From positions 192,219 to 256,218 of the forward strand of contig NIVC01001638.1 in NCBI GenBank assembly GCA_002269645.1: a stretch of DNA of 64,000 nt, in the 5' to 3' direction. The stretch's first letter is position 1, and each line of letters starts with the position of its first letter. The translations under genes and the position numbers were made by a program. This document shows, piece after piece, positions 1 to 10,628 of the stretch. Under the pieces are notes generated by a model. It did no database searches. It was not told the origin of the DNA and worked only from the letters and a program-made list of their open reading frames with translations. Source of the DNA: Macrostomum lignano. Lineage: Eukaryota.

Positions 1-15
1 TTTCTTTTCAAATAA

Positions 16-1052
16 ATGACAGATCAGAAACTTAAAAAACTCAACTACAGCGACAAAGGATTCTTTGTAGGCAAAAATGCCGTTAGTAAACTCATGGAGC
101 TGAGTAAGGAACCAAAAGCTACAGTAGAAAAATGGCTCTCTAAGCAGGCTGTCTTTCAAGTCTATTTCCCACCAGTAAAATTTGAAAGGCCCCATTTCAG
201 TATTTATAAACCTAATGAGGCGCACCAAGCAGATCTTCTGTTTCTCCCCAATGACTCGGGCTACAAGTATGCTCTCACAATTACAGACGTTGCCTCCAGA
301 TATAAGGAAGCGAGACCGCTTAAGACGAAGAAGTCAGAAGCAGTTGCAGCCGCCCTCCAAGATAGTTATAAAAACTCTCCGCTCACACACCCAAAACCCT
401 TATAACCGACCCGGGTAAAGAATTCATGGGTGCAGTGAAATCACTTATGGAAAAGAAAAATACAGAGATTCGCTATGGCAGAACTGAGCTCCACAGAGAT
501 CAGGCTTTTGTGGAAAGATTCAATCTAACTCTAGCCAAGAGGCTATTCACTAAGCAGACAGCTGAAGAGCTGAAACTAAAAAGTGGCCAATACTATACCA
601 AGTGGACAGACCGGCTCCCCACTGTTATAGAACAACTGAACAATGAAGTCACACGCATGACTGGATTGAAACCGTCCCATGCAATTAAACAAGACACTGT
701 CGAACTTAAGTCATCTCATAAAACAGACAACAACACGACAACCCCACACAACACACACAGCACAAAACACACCTCGAACTACCCTAAGCTTCCAGGAGTT
801 GAATCACCATACATAATGACAAACTCTGAGTTTCTACGCTTTTTATATCTACCTGGAGAGCTAGAGAAGGACACTAAAAGAAGAGCTACAGATCCATACT
901 TCAGCCTTGATGTACATAAAATAGACAGACATTTTACCTCCGACTCCGGTGACTATTACTTTTTATCTCAAACCTTTAACCCTAAATCCCCCACGCGGTC
1001 ATTCACTAGAGCTGAACTCCTAGTGATACCAGCTGACACGGAAATTAATTAA
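16..1052 (+). pseudogene. Retroviral-like DDE integrase of Polinton 1, split by a 1-nt frameshift near 400
   Basis: HQADLLFL...YALTITDVASRY (D1) lies in ORF 16-405. Restoring one base at cccttataaccgac gives PKPLITDPGKEFMG (D2), continuing into QAFVERFNLTL (E) in ORF 426-1052. Confidence 0.88.
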
Positions 1053-1068
1053 AATATTAAAATAAAAA

Positions 1069-1515
1069 ATGACAAAGATTGAAACCAGAACCATCAATAA
1101 ACTCAATAAAATCATTGAATCAAAGAAACCAGGTCTTATATCAATTAAAGGTGTCAAAGTAAAAATCGATCCCACGCAGCAAATAGTTGAGTGTAATGAG
1201 CAAAGACACAGCATAACAGATGAAAAGTCAGGAGGAATCCTACCATTAGCAGCTCTTATTCCGATCATTGCAGGCGCTGTAAGTGCCGCAGGTGGTGTAG
1301 CTGGAGGTGTAGCAACTGCTGTTAAAGCTGGGAATGATAGAGCCCACCCGCTAGAATTGCAAAAGATTGCAAGAGACAAAGGTATAACAATTAAGGCAGG
1401 AGAGGGCTGCCCCGATCGTGATGATTGTGAGCATGAAAATTCTGTAAGCAAGTCTGACATTGTCAAAGCCATCATGACACTGCACAATGCTGGGTTCACA
1501 ATAATGCGGATGTGA
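1069..1515 (+). CDS. Adenovirus pX(mu)-like small core/membrane-active protein
   Basis: KSGGILPLAALIPIIAGAVSAAGGVA closely resembles the adenoviral pX C-terminal segment (RGGILPLLIPLIAAAIGAVPGIA). It sits in the Polinton cluster with an AAAAAATG start. Confidence 0.7.
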   Translation: MTKIETRTINKLNKIIESKKPGLISIKGVKVKIDPTQQIVECNEQRHSITDEKSGGILPLAALIPIIAGAVSAAGGVAGGVATAVKAGNDRAHPLELQKIARDKGITIKAGEGCPDRDDCEHENSVSKSDIVKAIMTLHNAGFTIMRM

Positions 1516-1639
1516 TGAGGTTTAAAATCCCACTTTATCCAGCTTCATAAACCTAACGCTACTTATAGTATGTAGAAACAGTTCAACTTTTCTATCAGGG
1601 TGGTCACCCTCAAAATTTTTTTTTATTTTAGAGAAAAAA

Positions 1640-2990
1640 ATGCCAAAAGCTAATCCAGCAAAAGATTTAGTAAATTACTTTTGTCTTGAAATGAGACGCC
1701 TTTTGAAAAATATTTGTTGACTAAGAGAAGCATGTAAACAAACGTTTAACACAGACCCTGGTCACCTGGGAAGCTATGAAAAACAGTTGGAAATCATCAA
1801 TCAATTAGAATCCAACCAGTATGCGCCTATAAAAAATCCTGCAAAGGAACACCAAGAGAGGAGTCGCAACTTAGTTAACAAATATGAAACTCTCACTGGT
1901 GAAAAAGCAAAGTACCCACAAAATAAGCAGGAACAAGAGAAATTAGAGAAATTAATCCATTTAAAAGAGTCGGAGCTTGCCATTGAAGAGATTAATTTTG
2001 CACAGAGGAAGTTTACAGAACATTACATAGAGTACACAATCCCAATTAAGGATACCACCACAAACATCTACGACTATAAAGACAGCATCCAATCAGTTGT
2101 TGATCACACACTCAAAACACGCAAGACCTTTAAACTACAGATATCATTCAAGATTGCGTTTTATATGCCTGCAAAACCCACTGAGCATCTCGAGTATTAC
2201 ATGACAACAAAGGCAAAGCCATTCACCCCAACAGACACACTGGATCCTTTCCTTCAAGATGTCACCAAGAAAATTGAAGCGTTCACATCCAGAGGCTCCG
2301 GATGGGTCGCGGGAGGGACTCAAAGAGCAACTGTCATGGTCATGAAATATGACCCACTTAAAGCCTCCTCTTATATAGAGCTCCCGCATAAGCTTGCCGG
2401 CAAAAAAGCTTGCATAAATGTTAAAAATAAAGACAATTGCTGTGCTCTATGGGCAGTTCTTTCTGCACTTCTTCATGATGGTGTCCCTCACCACCCCGAA
2501 AGAACCTTAAATTATCAAAATTATTTTGATAATTTTGCTGCAGCAAAAAGATTTGTTTGACTTGTCTGAGTATGATAAATCTTTCAGGACACAGAATGGC
2601 GATCAAGTGTTTGACGATACTAACAAGAAAGTGATTGGGAAAATGAAGGACGAGATTGCTGGGGACATAATCACTGAATTCATAGGGTTGAGAGCAAAGT
2701 CCTATTTTGTAAAATGTGAGTCGTCAGACCCAATTAAAAAATCAAACGGAATTCCGAAACGTGTGGTTAGGAAGGAAATTAATGAAGCTGAATACAGAGA
2801 CGCCTTGAATTGCAACAAAAAGACATCTCATGAGTTCTCAAAGCTACAATCTAAAAACCATATTATTCACACAATTCAGCAAAAGAAGATTGGACTGTCA
2901 GGTGCAGATAACAAGAGATTCATTTTTGATGACAATATTAACAGTCTACCGTTCGGGCACTGGAGATTAGGTTTAGGAGATTGGGTTTAG
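1640..2990 (+). pseudogene. Internally deleted protein-primed DNA polymerase B (N-terminal part fused to C-terminal thumb region)
   Basis: ATG at 1640 is in frame with ORF 1787-2560 (TGA at 1718). N-terminal motif YDPLKASSYIELP..KKACINVKNKDNCCALWAVLSA. After a +1 slip in an A-run (~2545) come the C-terminal motifs FDLSEY, NKKVIGKMKDE, EFIGLRAKSY and DNKRFI. No Exo I-III, DxxSLYP, KxxxNSxYG or YxDTDS. Confidence 0.85.
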
Positions 2991-3043
2991 GAGGTGGAGA
3001 TTGGGTTTAGGTTTAAGAGAAAGTTTAATAAACCTCACAAAAA

Positions 3044-3445
3044 ATGACGACAAATAACTTTCTTGAAGATTTGGCTAACGAACTGGAAATCCCAAACTTT
3101 AGAGGAATATTTATGAGGGACACTCTGCCTGATTTTCCTCTAAGAAAAGAATGTGGCATCATGAACTTTGACACCACCGATAAGCCAGGATCTCATTGGG
3201 TTTGCTGGGTGATTGATCCCGATCGCAAGCACAAGTGTTATTACTTCGATAGCTATGGGACGGCAGTACCAGAAGAGCTAAGAAATTATATGAAGGGGAA
3301 AAATAATAAAAAAATTTATCGCTCAGACTTTATTCTCCAAGGTCTTAGCAGTGATATTTGCGGTGAGCTGTGCATGACTGTTTTGTATGCAATGACCAAA
3401 ACACGAAAGACCTACAAGGAAATTATTCTTGGCTGTGTTTCATAA
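3044..3445 (+). CDS. Adenain-like cysteine maturation protease
   Basis: NFRGIF..D, GSHWV (His), YYFDSYG (Asp), Q...DICGELC (Gln/Cys): the motif order of adenoviral/Polinton proteases. Confidence 0.9.
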   Translation: MTTNNFLEDLANELEIPNFRGIFMRDTLPDFPLRKECGIMNFDTTDKPGSHWVCWVIDPDRKHKCYYFDSYGTAVPEELRNYMKGKNNKKIYRSDFILQGLSSDICGELCMTVLYAMTKTRKTYKEIILGCVS

Positions 3446-3449
3446 AAGT

Positions 3450-4178
3450 TCATTGTGCATTTCTCGTCGTCCTTCTTGCCGAATTTCTTGCCGACTTTCT
3501 TTCCGCATAATGTTGAAAAACTTTCTCGAGTTCATTTTTCAGCTGACTCATGTCATCAGTACCGACCATGTTCAAGTTCATTCGAATTGATTGTTCATAA
3601 AGATCCTGAATGGTTTTGAACTCATCCTCTGAAATGAACTTATCCTCGATTGCCCTTGAAATGTACCCTATGATTGATGTGTGCACCCCTTTCTCTTTTA
3701 CTTGCTTCTCCTGTAGCTGCTTTAGTTTTTTTCGCCTGTTTCGCGCTACTGCTCCAGTAATTGCTGAAATAAGTCCACATGCAGCACCTACTGAACCAAG
3801 TGGAATTGCGATTGGGGCTGTGATGGCTGGCAACACTGAGACAGCTGCAGCAGATCCAGTTAGAACAGACACAGATCCTAGAATCATATTGCTGTAGTCG
3901 AAAAATTTACAGTGGTTGTCATAGCGCTTAATTTTCTTTGTGTTGTGGAAAATATTTTTTTCAAGATCATCGCGCATTTTTTGAATCTCCACCAGTCGAA
4001 ACTGTTGAGAGTTACAAGTAATGACGGGGTAGAGTTTTTGCTGCTCATATTGGGGTGCATTCAGATTCGGTGCATTCAGGCTTTGTGTGTTCGAATTCGG
4101 TGCCATTGAGTTTGGTGCTGTCGGTATTTTAGGTTCAACGTATTGAGACTGATCGTATAGAGAATTTTGTTGGGCCAT
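3450..4178 (-). CDS. Conserved Polinton/adintovirus protein with central hydrophobic hairpin (putative membrane-active protein)
   Basis: LYP..FRL.EI, coiled coil, then hydrophobic ILGSVSVLTGSAAAVSVLPAITAPIAIPLGSVGAACGLI, basic RRKKLK and IS.AIED..ISEDEF. Intact 242 aa with A-rich start. Confidence 0.6.
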   Translation of the reverse strand: MAQQNSLYDQSQYVEPKIPTAPNSMAPNSNTQSLNAPNLNAPQYEQQKLYPVITCNSQQFRLVEIQKMRDDLEKNIFHNTKKIKRYDNHCKFFDYSNMILGSVSVLTGSAAAVSVLPAITAPIAIPLGSVGAACGLISAITGAVARNRRKKLKQLQEKQVKEKGVHTSIIGYISRAIEDKFISEDEFKTIQDLYEQSIRMNLNMVGTDDMSQLKNELEKVFQHYAERKSARNSARRTTRNAQ

Positions 4179-4270
4179 TTTTTTCTCTAGAAAAAATAAA
4201 AAAAATTATAAAACTATCCGGTTGAAAGATCTGTTTTCTTTTTGATAATTCCATCTGCACCGCCGGTTGT

Positions 4271-5781
4271 CTAGGCGGCTCTCGTGACGCCGGAGGATCG
4301 CGAGTCCAGCAGGCAGCGGCTGGGCGGCTGACGTTTGAGAGCGTGCCGGATTACTCCGTCGGGGTCCAGAGCTCCTTCTACTCGATCTGTAGACATGACC
4401 GGACGAGCAGCAGATTCTGCTTCATCAATAGCAATATCACGAAGATTGAGTGTTCTCTCCAGACGATCAAGCCTCCTTATTATTTTACCCCAAGAGCTAT
4501 ACATTCCGTTTAGATAGCTACTGTGTGATACATCCTTTCTCTTTAATGCTTCAAGTCTTTCTTTGATTCGATCATGCAACGATGTTGACTGAGTCATGAA
4601 CTCTTCTAAATTATTGACTTTAACTGTGTTGGTTGCGACGTTTTCTTTAATTCTATCATGCAACACTGTTGACTGGTTCATGAACTCTTCTAAATTATTT
4701 ACTTTAGCTGTGTTTGTGAAAACTCCTCCTTCGAGAATACGCATCCGTCTATCAGTGGAATTTCCCAGAAGATTAACTGATGATCTCAAGCCGTTGATTA
4801 GCGAGACTATCGAAGTTATTTCTGACCTTAGTTCATTAGTTGCGTTTAACAACGGCACATAAAGCGGGTCCATGAGAAATGCCCGCAGACAAATTGCCCG
4901 CCGAGATTTGCCCGTGGAGATTTGCCCGCCGAGCTTTTCCCGCGGAGATTTGCCCGCAGTGCATTTTGCCTGTGAGCGAATTGCCTGTGGAGATTTGCCC
5001 GCCGAGAATTGCCCGCCGAGATTTGCCCGCAGTGCAATTTGCCCGCGAGCGAGTTGCCCGCCGAGTTTTTTCCCGCCGAGTTTTTTCCCGCCGAGGTTTG
5101 CCCGCAATGCTTTTTTCCTGCAGCGCATTTAGCGACGCGGCAGATTTTGTCGATCTGCATTGCCTTCCCAATGCTTAGTACGTGTTAATCTCAATAAAGA
5201 GATTTACACGATCAAAACGTTTTGATAGTAACTGCATATCAAATGCATATTTTTTTTTGGGGGGGGGGCAGTGCAGACAGAATCCAGCTGCCAAATGCGC
5301 TGCAGGAAAAAAGCATTGCGGGCAAACCTCGGCGGGAAAAAACTCGGCGGGCAACTCGCTCGCGGGCAAATTGCACTGCGGGCAAACCTCGGCGGGCAAT
5401 TCTCGGCGGGCAAATCTCCACAGGCAATTCGCTCACGGGCAAAATGCACTGCGGGCAAATCTCCGCGGGAAAAGCTCGGCAGGCAAATCTCCACGGGCAA
5501 ATCTCCTGCGGGCAAATCTCGGCGGGCAATTCGTCTGCGGGCATTTCTCGGGCTCCCACATAAAGCTTATCACTTTCAAACTTCTGCCTAGCTACTTTAA
5601 GCCTGAGATCTTCCATGTTGATTTGCAACTGGTGCATGGAGCGCTCTAGGGCTTTCAGTCTGTTTTTATTCAGTTTGATCTCTGGGATCTCTTCATCAAT
5701 GTTAATGTAGCGCTTGTCAAGGAAGGAAGTTGTGAGAGTGCTGTTGCCTGTAGTTGATTCACCTGCAAAATTAATAGACAT
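4271..5781 (-). pseudogene. Coiled-coil viral protein (269 aa when restored) interrupted by a MITE
   Basis: Removing 4866-5557 plus one TSD copy joins MSINFAG...KFESDKLYV to PLLNATNELR... in frame (224+586=810 nt). Contains a 29-aa internal duplication (TNTAKVNNLEEFM.QST.LHDRIKE). Confidence 0.8.
4866..5557. mobile_element. Non-autonomous Mutator/foldback-type MITE (692 bp)
   Basis: GGG...CCC ends; ~260-bp near-perfect inverted arms made of GC-rich subrepeats (gcccgccgagattt); 9-bp direct repeat ACATAAAGC at 4857-4865 and 5558-5566. Confidence 0.88.
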
Positions 5782-5796
5782 TTTTTAAATGAAAAA

Positions 5797-6594
5797 TTAA
5801 ATTAAAATTCTTTTCTCCTTATTAATCATGACAAACTGATAGGGTTGGTTCCACTTTTCATAGCATATGTTAACAAATTCCTCCTGTGATATTGTTCTGT
5901 TAGAGTTCTTAGCTGGATATGTAATGTGAGCTGGGGCAATGACCTCATTATAAAATCGTTTCAGTCGATCTTGTGGTATGGTTGGGAAAAGGAGAATCAA
6001 ATTACAGTTACCTCTAATTGTTTTATTTGGCAGTTCAAATCAGTTTTGGGCAATGTAAATAACATTGCAATTATTATGTCTACCCCGGGTGAAATAATTT
6101 TCTATCTGTTTCTGGGGACCGGTCATGCAGTCATCAAAGACAATCAGGTGCTTTCTCTCCTTTTCTAGTTCATCAGGTTGAGGTAAGAGTTTAGTTTTAG
6201 GATCTATCTGTGGATCTCCATAAGTGAAAACTTTAATGTTTTGCCATTTTTCATTGTCTGGGATGTGCTTTGCGTATTCAGTGGCTACAACTTCCGGGTA
6301 GTTGAGGTCTTTTTGATGTCTAAAACATTGAATAATATCTTCCTTGTTGAGTTTGTTCTGTAGGCCCGCTACTAGCATTTTATACTCATCTTGATACAGA
6401 GTGGGTGAATAGATATGTAGTGTGTCATAATCGAGGAATCCAGGTCTGAGGAGCATGTTAAAAACTCTGAAGGTTTTCCCTGACCCAGATGAGCCAACAA
6501 CAATGCATCGGAAGTGCCCTGGAATTATCTCGTTGTGAGCAAATTTTATCTGATTGCGTGTCCAGTGGGGATGAAAGTCGTTTGTGAAGTCCAT
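5797..6594 (-). pseudogene. A32/FtsK-like genome packaging ATPase with one in-frame TGA (6040-6042)
   Basis: Walker A GSSGSGKT, Walker B LIVFDD, YFTRGRHNNCNVIYIAQN*FELPNKTIRGNCNLILLF. ORFs 6040-6594 and 5797-6000 are in the same frame. Confidence 0.9.
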
Positions 6595-6629
6595 TTTTTA
6601 TGTAAAAAAACTTTTTCTTTTTAAACTTG

Positions 6630-6785
6630 TGTATTTAAGACGCGTGTGTCTTTTTTCGGGATGTGTATGTGTGTGTCTCTTTGCGGGATGTGTGTGTCTT
6701 TTTTCGGGTTGTGTGTGTCTTTTTTTCGGGTTGTGTGTGTCTTTTTTTTTCTACTAGTCCTACATCCGACTAGTCCTACACCCTC
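6630..6785. repeat. Intergenic simple repeats (TTTTTCGGG-TGTGTGTC units; CTAGTCCTACA x2)
   Basis: Read directly between the ATPase and the next ORF. Confidence 0.7.
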
Positions 6786-6815
6786 ACACCTCTTTTACCG
6801 TCAGGGTGCACCAAA

Positions 6816-7196
6816 TTAGTCAAATTTAAAACCGCCTCCTTTCTTATATTCAGCTCTCATCTTTGCGTAGATGGCTGGATCGACACTATCTGCACTCGGT
6901 GCAAGGGGTTGAATATCTGGTATTGATTTCCGGGTTTCATTAACCGTATCCTTTATCTTTTTGGCTGCTGTGGCTACACTGCCAGCCGCTTCGGCAACGT
7001 TCTTGATGTTCTCTTTGTTCTCTCCAATGACCTTAAAAATCTTAGCCCCCTGAGCGATCAAATCGGCAAGGCCATTCCCAGAGCGTTCTTTTCTTGGATA
7101 GTGGCCTGCAGGGAAAAGTCCAGATCCGCGTTTAATGAGATTAAGTTCCTCTTTGTCATAGTATTTGTCAATGTCTTTTTCGAAAATAATTGGCAT
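6816..7196 (-). CDS. Small basic core/pVI-like virion protein with GxG protease-type sites
   Basis: KRGSGL, RSGNGLADLIAQGAKIFKVIG (amphipathic), terminal KKGGGFKFD; intact 126 aa. Confidence 0.55.
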   Translation of the reverse strand: MPIIFEKDIDKYYDKEELNLIKRGSGLFPAGHYPRKERSGNGLADLIAQGAKIFKVIGENKENIKNVAEAAGSVATAAKKIKDTVNETRKSIPDIQPLAPSADSVDPAIYAKMRAEYKKGGGFKFD

Positions 7197-7212
7197 CTTT
7201 TTAAATAGAAAT

Positions 7213-8424
7213 TTATTTTATGTTAAACCGTGAAAGCAAAAGTTCTCTTGCTCTTTTATCGATATATTTTCTCTCAAGCATTTTGTCCAGGATGTTGACA
7301 AATTCTTTTCTATTCTCGTCTTTCATTCCGGTCTTTGCCGCTCCTAGAAGAACAGCTAACCGCTTGTAGAATTCAGGCATGCCTTTTCCGGAAGAGCTTG
7401 GAGGTGATTCGAATGATTGGTCAGAAGAGGAACTGTCATGTGGCGCTTGTCTTTGTTGAGGTGTGAATACTCTGTCATTGATTCGCTTCATTCGTTCTGG
7501 GGAGAACTGTTCTAATTGTCGCCATTCATCTGGGCGCTGGTTTCTGTACTGGGAAATCTCATTTGGCCCTGCTTTTTCAAGCGCTTCTAGTACTTGTTCG
7601 GGTGTGATTTGTTGCTGTGGCGGTGGAGGTTGTTGTGGTTGTGGTTGTGTTTGTGGTTGCTGCTGTTGTGGTTGTTGTAGTTGTTGTTGTAGTTGTTGTT
7701 TTGGTTGCTGCTGTTGTGGCTGTGGTTGTTGTGGTTGTTGTCTTATGACCTCTTCTTGATCCGGCAAACCAAACCATTGTTTAAAGTATTTGTATTTTCT
7801 AAACCTGTTCAAGTCAATCCTGTTTTCATGTAAAACTTTCAAAACACCGTTGTTCTTGAGAATGTCTATGTCCCTCTCTAAAGCGAAGGTAACCAGATCT
7901 CTATAATTCTTTAATTGCTTCTCGGATATTTTTTCCTGATTTTTAGTCATGTAGTCGAGTAAACTTTGAGTGAAGGGGATTCGTTTAGTTTCTGCGCCTT
8001 TATTGATTGAAATAGTTTCCTTCGTCACTTCAATGTTGTAATCCGCCGGTTCCCCGGTAATATTTTTTCGCCAGGCGCTAATTCCAAATATATATTTTCC
8101 ATCATCCGTTACGGGGCCAAAAAAGTTATCCGTCACTTTCATCTGCACTGGTTGTCCTGGTTGCTGAGCCTGTGGTTGTCCCGGTAAAGATGGGATTTTA
8201 CCCAATGTGTTTTGCAACTGGCTCTCTTGAATATCATCAATTGTTTCCTTCACAGTGTCGATGTTTTTCTTCGCTTCTGTGTATCCAGGTTTGTGAAACT
8301 CTGTGGCTGCTTGGACAAACTCATTGTAGGATTGCTGCTCCTTATTTATTAGCCCGGTAACTCGTTTCTCTGCTTGTGCTAGCTTCTCCAATTCAGATAT
8401 CTGTTGTGTACTTTTTCGCTTCAT
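7213..8424 (-). CDS. Polinton hypothetical protein, Q/P-rich tract, conserved helical C-terminus
   Basis: 403-aa intact ORF, poly-Q region, ending SGKGMPEFYKRLAVLLGAAKTG...EFVNILDKML. Divergent from MCP. Confidence 0.7.
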   Translation of the reverse strand: MKRKSTQQISELEKLAQAEKRVTGLINKEQQSYNEFVQAATEFHKPGYTEAKKNIDTVKETIDDIQESQLQNTLGKIPSLPGQPQAQQPGQPVQMKVTDNFFGPVTDDGKYIFGISAWRKNITGEPADYNIEVTKETISINKGAETKRIPFTQSLLDYMTKNQEKISEKQLKNYRDLVTFALERDIDILKNNGVLKVLHENRIDLNRFRKYKYFKQWFGLPDQEEVIRQQPQQPQPQQQQPKQQLQQQLQQPQQQQPQTQPQPQQPPPPQQQITPEQVLEALEKAGPNEISQYRNQRPDEWRQLEQFSPERMKRINDRVFTPQQRQAPHDSSSSDQSFESPPSSSGKGMPEFYKRLAVLLGAAKTGMKDENRKEFVNILDKMLERKYIDKRARELLLSRFNIK

Positions 8425-8454
8425 TTCTTATTTTATTTTATTTTTAGTTAAAAA

Positions 8455-9741
8455 ATGAACGACCCACTGACACCAGTTTTCTACAAAATTAACAAGCCTA
8501 TTTTGAGTGATGATAGCACAATCAAAGCGACTCAGGTAAGAGTTCCCAGTCAGGAAAATCAGAATGAAACTAATCTTGGTCCTGGCCAAACACTGACATT
8601 TACATACAATGGATGTTCGTCTTTGGTTAGTGTGCACAGTCTTAAGAGCGGCTTCCATATGACATTTCAATTCAAGACAAAGGGTGGTGCGGATGCGGCT
8701 CGTGCTAACGTTGACAAGCATGATGCGGATGTGGCTCTGATCAGTAACTTTTGGGCGTACATGTTCAAGGAGTTTAGTGTATCGAATGGGAGCACTGAGT
8801 TGGAGCGAATCGCTAACTTTGGAATTGTCTATGACGCTCATTGTTTGATCGAGAATCCTGATTTTATTCAGTTGGGAAGTGGTGCGGGTTTTATTGCAGA
8901 TGAAAAAGAAGGAGACATCAATGACAGTGGCTATAAAAAGAGGAAGAAGAGATACAACTATGCATTGCAAGGTGCTGATGATGCTGCTAAGAACCCGCTG
9001 TATCGGTCTGTTGATGTATTTGTACCATTAAGATTCATGAGTGGATTCTGTAATACATTTAATCGACTGACTAGTAACTTTAGCTACACTTTTAAGATGA
9101 CTAGAGATGATCGCAGTAGAGTGTTGTGGACTGGGGCGGACCACACAAGGATGGAGGTGAAGCTAACCGGAATCGAGCTGTATTTGGAAGTCATTGAGCC
9201 AAAGACTGCACTAAAAGCGGATTATCTCAAGGCAATAGAGAAGGACATTGATGTTGCATACACGGCCTACATGTGTCGAGATGAGCGAAACGAAACTAGA
9301 ACAAACATCTGCATTAAAGAGGGATCATGCAGCAATCCAAGGTATATTATTATTAACATGAGAAACCCAAATAGCATTATACGCTACATGCATGGAGACG
9401 TGCGGTCCATTCAGCATGAAATCAGTGATAATCTTTACCCTGCACTGCCACAAAATGGAGATTTCAGTCAGAACAAGATTAGCAAATTTTACAGCGAGTT
9501 GGTCGACTTGGCTGTGAAAGAGAACAATGGAATTGCTATCACTGCTCTTCAATATGGAACTCTATATCCAATGTTTGGCGCTGATGTGTCTGCCAGACAA
9601 ATGCCTACTGATAACAGCCCTGTGAATATCGTGACTAACATTGAAAGGACTGCCGCAACACCCGTGGACCTGTACATTGTCTATGCATTTGAGAGGAAGG
9701 TGAAGCTTAACATGATCAACAATTCATCCAGTAAAGTTTAA
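8455..9741 (+). CDS. Major capsid protein (double jelly-roll, adintovirus/Polinton type)
   Basis: 428 aa, beta-rich. D.S-type start, LISNFWAYMFKE...ELERIANFG, PRYIII, LYP....F..N....FY, YPMF..D.S.Q follow the Polinton MCP pattern; lies directly upstream of the penton-like ORF. Confidence 0.8.
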   Translation: MNDPLTPVFYKINKPILSDDSTIKATQVRVPSQENQNETNLGPGQTLTFTYNGCSSLVSVHSLKSGFHMTFQFKTKGGADAARANVDKHDADVALISNFWAYMFKEFSVSNGSTELERIANFGIVYDAHCLIENPDFIQLGSGAGFIADEKEGDINDSGYKKRKKRYNYALQGADDAAKNPLYRSVDVFVPLRFMSGFCNTFNRLTSNFSYTFKMTRDDRSRVLWTGADHTRMEVKLTGIELYLEVIEPKTALKADYLKAIEKDIDVAYTAYMCRDERNETRTNICIKEGSCSNPRYIIINMRNPNSIIRYMHGDVRSIQHEISDNLYPALPQNGDFSQNKISKFYSELVDLAVKENNGIAITALQYGTLYPMFGADVSARQMPTDNSPVNIVTNIERTAATPVDLYIVYAFERKVKLNMINNSSSKV

Positions 9742-9760
9742 ATATTTTTTAGGACAAAAA

Positions 9761-10624
9761 ATGGAAGCTATAGCCGAAAGACTAAATAACATTGTTTCAC
9801 ACTCTAAGGAGAGCATTCCTATTACAATAACTGGGCGAATTAATGACTCAAACGGGATGTTTGTTGAAAAATTAGAGCAGGCGATTCGCCTGGATCCAGG
9901 TGCTAATTACCATGTCTATCTTAACGACTTCACTGGTTGGTCAAACGTTCCCAATGTGATGGCAGCAAATAATAAGTTTTATTACAAATGGAAAGATGCA
10001 GCAGCAGACCCTGTGGTATTCCATGTGAGCACGCAAAGTGTGGATACCTACAATAACTTTCTAGAAAATGTCTTTACTAAGAGAGGCCATTTTGAGACAC
10101 CTGATGCGAGTAAGCCAGAGAAGAAACTTTTCCCTGTCAAACTAACCTATGATCTCACTGTAATGAGAGTGGTCATGCAAGTCCACAAAGATGCGGAGGT
10201 TGAGTTTAAAGATGACACTTGGTATAGGGAACTGGGATTCGAGAAGAAAGTTTATAAGGCAGAATCCGCGGCGCGGACCGCCACTCAAGCATCGGGGACT
10301 GTTAAAATGGTCCGGGAAAGTGCAAGCGGTTTGTTCTTAGCACCCAATATTGCAGACATTGTAAAGGGTTTGAATATTCTAATCAGAAGCAATCTCAGTC
10401 TTGATTGGGTATTTAAGGGAAAGCGAACGAATATTTTGTACAACATCTCCAACTCTGTTGCTGGAGGACAGATGGTGGTAGAGAAACCAAATCCAGTGAA
10501 AAGAGTTGTATTGAGTAATAAGGAGATTCACGAGATTGTGCTACAGTTTGAGACTGAAGATGGGGTGGGTGTTGATTTCAACGGTGAAGAGTTTGTATTG
10601 ACGTTGATCATTGAGAGAATGTAA
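9761..10624 (+). CDS. Minor capsid protein (penton, single jelly-roll)
   Basis: 287 aa; SNVPNV...NNKFYY, NILIRSNL, G.RTNILY, and C-terminal EIVLQFETEDGVGVDFNGEEFVLTL typical of Polinton mCP. Confidence 0.82.
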   Translation: MEAIAERLNNIVSHSKESIPITITGRINDSNGMFVEKLEQAIRLDPGANYHVYLNDFTGWSNVPNVMAANNKFYYKWKDAAADPVVFHVSTQSVDTYNNFLENVFTKRGHFETPDASKPEKKLFPVKLTYDLTVMRVVMQVHKDAEVEFKDDTWYRELGFEKKVYKAESAARTATQASGTVKMVRESASGLFLAPNIADIVKGLNILIRSNLSLDWVFKGKRTNILYNISNSVAGGQMVVEKPNPVKRVVLSNKEIHEIVLQFETEDGVGVDFNGEEFVLTLIIERM

Positions 10625-10628
10625 GAAA

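Noticed and set aside
2960-3015. GGAGATTGGGTTTAG repeats at the pPolB 3' end as a telomere-like or terminal structure
   Set aside because: Short, internal to the element, and no partner repeat in the window.
4836-5649. Many overlapping ORFs rich in GQISAGK/LPAEICP
   Set aside because: They are read-throughs of the MITE's GC-rich subrepeats. The N-terminus of ORF 4271-5128 and the C-terminus of ORF 5239-5781 are MITE sequence.
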